Positions 61,661 through 64,000 of a stretch of 64,000 nt of DNA are shown here, piece after piece (positions within the stretch are counted from its first letter, which is position 1; each line of letters starts with the position of its first letter). The stretch spans positions 88,591,257 through 88,655,256 of the forward strand of contig NC_090381.1 of the NCBI RefSeq assembly GCF_036365525.1, written 5' to 3'. The translations under genes and the position numbers were made by a program. The notes under the pieces are model-generated. The model ran no database searches, was not told where the DNA came from, and saw only the letters and a list, made by a program, of their open reading frames with translations. Source of the stretch: Heterodontus francisci. Taxonomy: Eukaryota.

Positions 61661-61704
61661 ACTTAAAATGTTTTTGAACCACTTAAAATGTTTTTGAACC
61701 ACTT
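61661..61704. repeat. 20-bp tandem duplication
   Basis: (ACTTAAAATGTTTTTGAACC)2 ACTT. Confidence 0.9.
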
Positions 61705-63337
61705 TTTTCTGAATACAGTACATGTCTAAATAATCATTCTGCAATGATTTGAGAAAAAATGCTGAGAATAATGACTCCTAAATCTAACAGTGCCTTTCTG
61801 TGAAATGAAAGGGTGAAGTGAGCAGGGACTGTTTTTTTAAAGCTGCTACTTGTCTCAAGAGGAGAAAGATTTTATGGCTTGCAGGAAACTGAAAATGACT
61901 CAACAAAATTTGAAGAACCAGCTTTCATTGTGTGTAATGAAGAAAAGATATTCCTGAAGGTTAGTAAGTACCTTTACTGCCAATAAACTTTATTTAACAT
62001 AACCTCAACTGTTCCAGTTAGATTAGTGCAAGGACTTTTTCTGCTATCATGAACATTGAACTATCTCTTTCACAACATTCAGTTTAGCCTTCACTCAAAC
62101 CAACCGTATCTGGGCCTTGGTGCTGGTTGTGTATTCTTCCCTTCTGTAGTCAAACCAACTGTTTACTAAAGACTGTGATAGATACTTTGTTATTGACATA
62201 CTCTGTCTCATCCTAAAGCATACACAGCAGTATCAATGAGAGTTCAATCACATTATGAGATAAATTGTTACACGTTGACTTTGTGGATAAATTCATTATC
62301 AGTTTATCCCCTTTCATTTACTCAGGCCCCTTAACTGTTGCCACAGAGATTTTAACATTGTACTGCGTAAAGGGCAAATGCTATCTCCACTGTTCTTTTC
62401 CACTTTAAAATAGAGCTGCAAAAATTTATAAAGACCAATTCCAGCAAGAAGTGCATCTTGGTAAATTGTGAGCTGAGGGTACAGAGTTGCAAAACCAGCC
62501 CCAAAGCTAACAATAAATTTATTAGCTGGTCCTTTCTTATTTACAAACAATTTGCTTGAAATGGCGGGCACTGATTTCATTTTCAAGGAACAAAGTGGGA
62601 GGAGCTACTGAGCAGCCTGCATGCATGTGCCAAGAATGTTAAAGTTTCGAGAAAACAAGTTTTAAAGCTTTATTACACAACTAAGAGTTTAAAGGGTTAT
62701 TTGTCATGGGTTATTACTGTGTACAGCCTTGTGCTTTGGTATGTAAAAGGATAAACTCTCCATTTCATCTCCAGGACTTTGAGATAATTTCTTCATAATA
62801 GCAATGAAATGAATGAGAGTGCAGGATTTGTCTGCCAAATTGATTTTTGTGATCCTGGGTCTCGCTGTATTGTAATGGTTTAATTATGAGTATTTTATAT
62901 TCTTTTAACACATAGGCCAACATTTTATCGGGTCTACAGGTGCAGGTCAGTGGTGGGGGTGAGAAGGAGGGGGGTGGGTGGAGGGGGGATGCCGGAAAAT
63001 ACGGTCGGGCTCTGTCATCATGACATTGCTTCTGAATTTTACAAGCAGAGGAAAAGATGGAGATTTCTCACAGCAATACAACGGGACATCAATTCAGGTA
63101 GTTCAGAATTAACTTGAATTTAAATGCAATTAACTCGAATTTTACACGATACTTTGAATTTTATGAACGGCGCAGAGGATTCATCGGCCTCCAGAACACC
63201 AACCGGTTAAAGATGGCAGCAACAAGGGGATGGTTCAGTGCTGCCTCTGCCAGCCAACCAGCCATTCTGAAAGGCAACGTTCATTGGAAGGGGGAAGAGT
63301 GAGGAATGGAGGGCACTGCCAGATGGCAGAAGAAGCT

Positions 63338-63400
63338 CTGTGAAGGTGCCATTACCAATGGGTGGAGGACCTGTGAAGGTGCCATTACCAATGGATGGGC
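63338..63400. repeat. 33-bp tandem duplication
   Basis: ctgtgaaggtgccattaccaatgg occurs at 63338 and 63371. Confidence 0.85.
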
Positions 63401-63469
63401 GGGGGGGGGGGGCATTCTGCAAGGGACACATAGGGCAGTAGCAGTTGCTCCCAAGGGAGTAGGAAGGGG

Positions 63470-64000
63470 AAGGTTTTGCGGGAGGTTAGGGGGATAGATA
63501 CTGTTCTGTGCAGCAGAGAGTGTGAGTCCCAAAGGCTGTGTTGCCTGCCGAATGCCAGGGTTAAGGACATCTCCTCAGGGCTGGAGAGGAATCAGTTGTC
63601 ATGGTTCATGTAGGTTCTGCTGAGGGAGTATGAGCAGCTAGGGGCTAAATTAAAAAGCAAAACAACAAAAATAATAATCTCTGGATTACGACCTGACCCA
63701 CGAGCAAATTGGCATAGGGTTAATAAGATCAGACAGTTGAATGCGTGGATCAAAGACTGGTGTGGGGGAAATGGGTTTCAATTCGTTGGGCACTGGCACC
63801 AGTATTGGGGAAAGAGGGAGCTGTTCCATTGGGTGGGCTTCACTTGAACAGCGCTGGGATCAGTGTCCCAGTAAATGAAATAATTAGGGCTGTAGAGAGG
63901 GCTTTAAACTAAATAGCTGCGGAGAGGGTTCAGGTGAGGGGGAATTTAGAAAGCTTAAGAGAAAGGATTAGGCAATAGTGCAGGGTAGCAATATGGGTAA
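63470..64000 (+). mobile_element. CR1 LINE ORF1 esterase (SGNH-like) remnant, continues past the window end
   Basis: CCLPNARVKDIS..KIIISGL.P.PRA..RQLNAWIKDWCGGNGFQFVGHW..GLHLN..RALN-stop. Confidence 0.82.

Noticed and set aside
62314-62586. 90-aa minus-strand ORF as an exon of an upstream gene such as DNAJB11
   Set aside because: No recognisable motif or consistent splice boundaries.

Overview
Eukaryotic (vertebrate) genomic DNA, most likely from a shark or other cartilaginous fish, judged from its repeats (HE1/HER1-type, Deu-domain SINE, CR1, Penelope-like, Harbinger). The window holds two complete tandem 7-exon type-3 cystatin (fetuin family) genes on the minus strand, rebuilt by hand from GT-AG boundaries. 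One is fetuin-A/AHSG-like (CDS 52317->29900, 364 aa). The other is a paralog (CDS 12082->236, 353 aa) whose second cystatin domain carries a kininogen-type QVVAG loop. Both have the 12 fetuin cysteines, a furin-type site and an SSEE motif in the tail. The rest is mostly nested transposons, plus one 180-N assembly gap. Most unusual observation: an apparently full-length 3.26-kb HER1-type LINE (13973-17232, minus). It starts with a tRNA-derived A-box/B-box head, has no ORF1 and no in-frame AUG before the endonuclease, and has no TTTT run on its sense strand. This suggests a Pol III-transcribed protein-coding retroelement from which the HE1-type SINEs here arose by internal deletion. Repeat boundaries are approximate unless a TSD is quoted; family names come from recalled motifs, not database searches.
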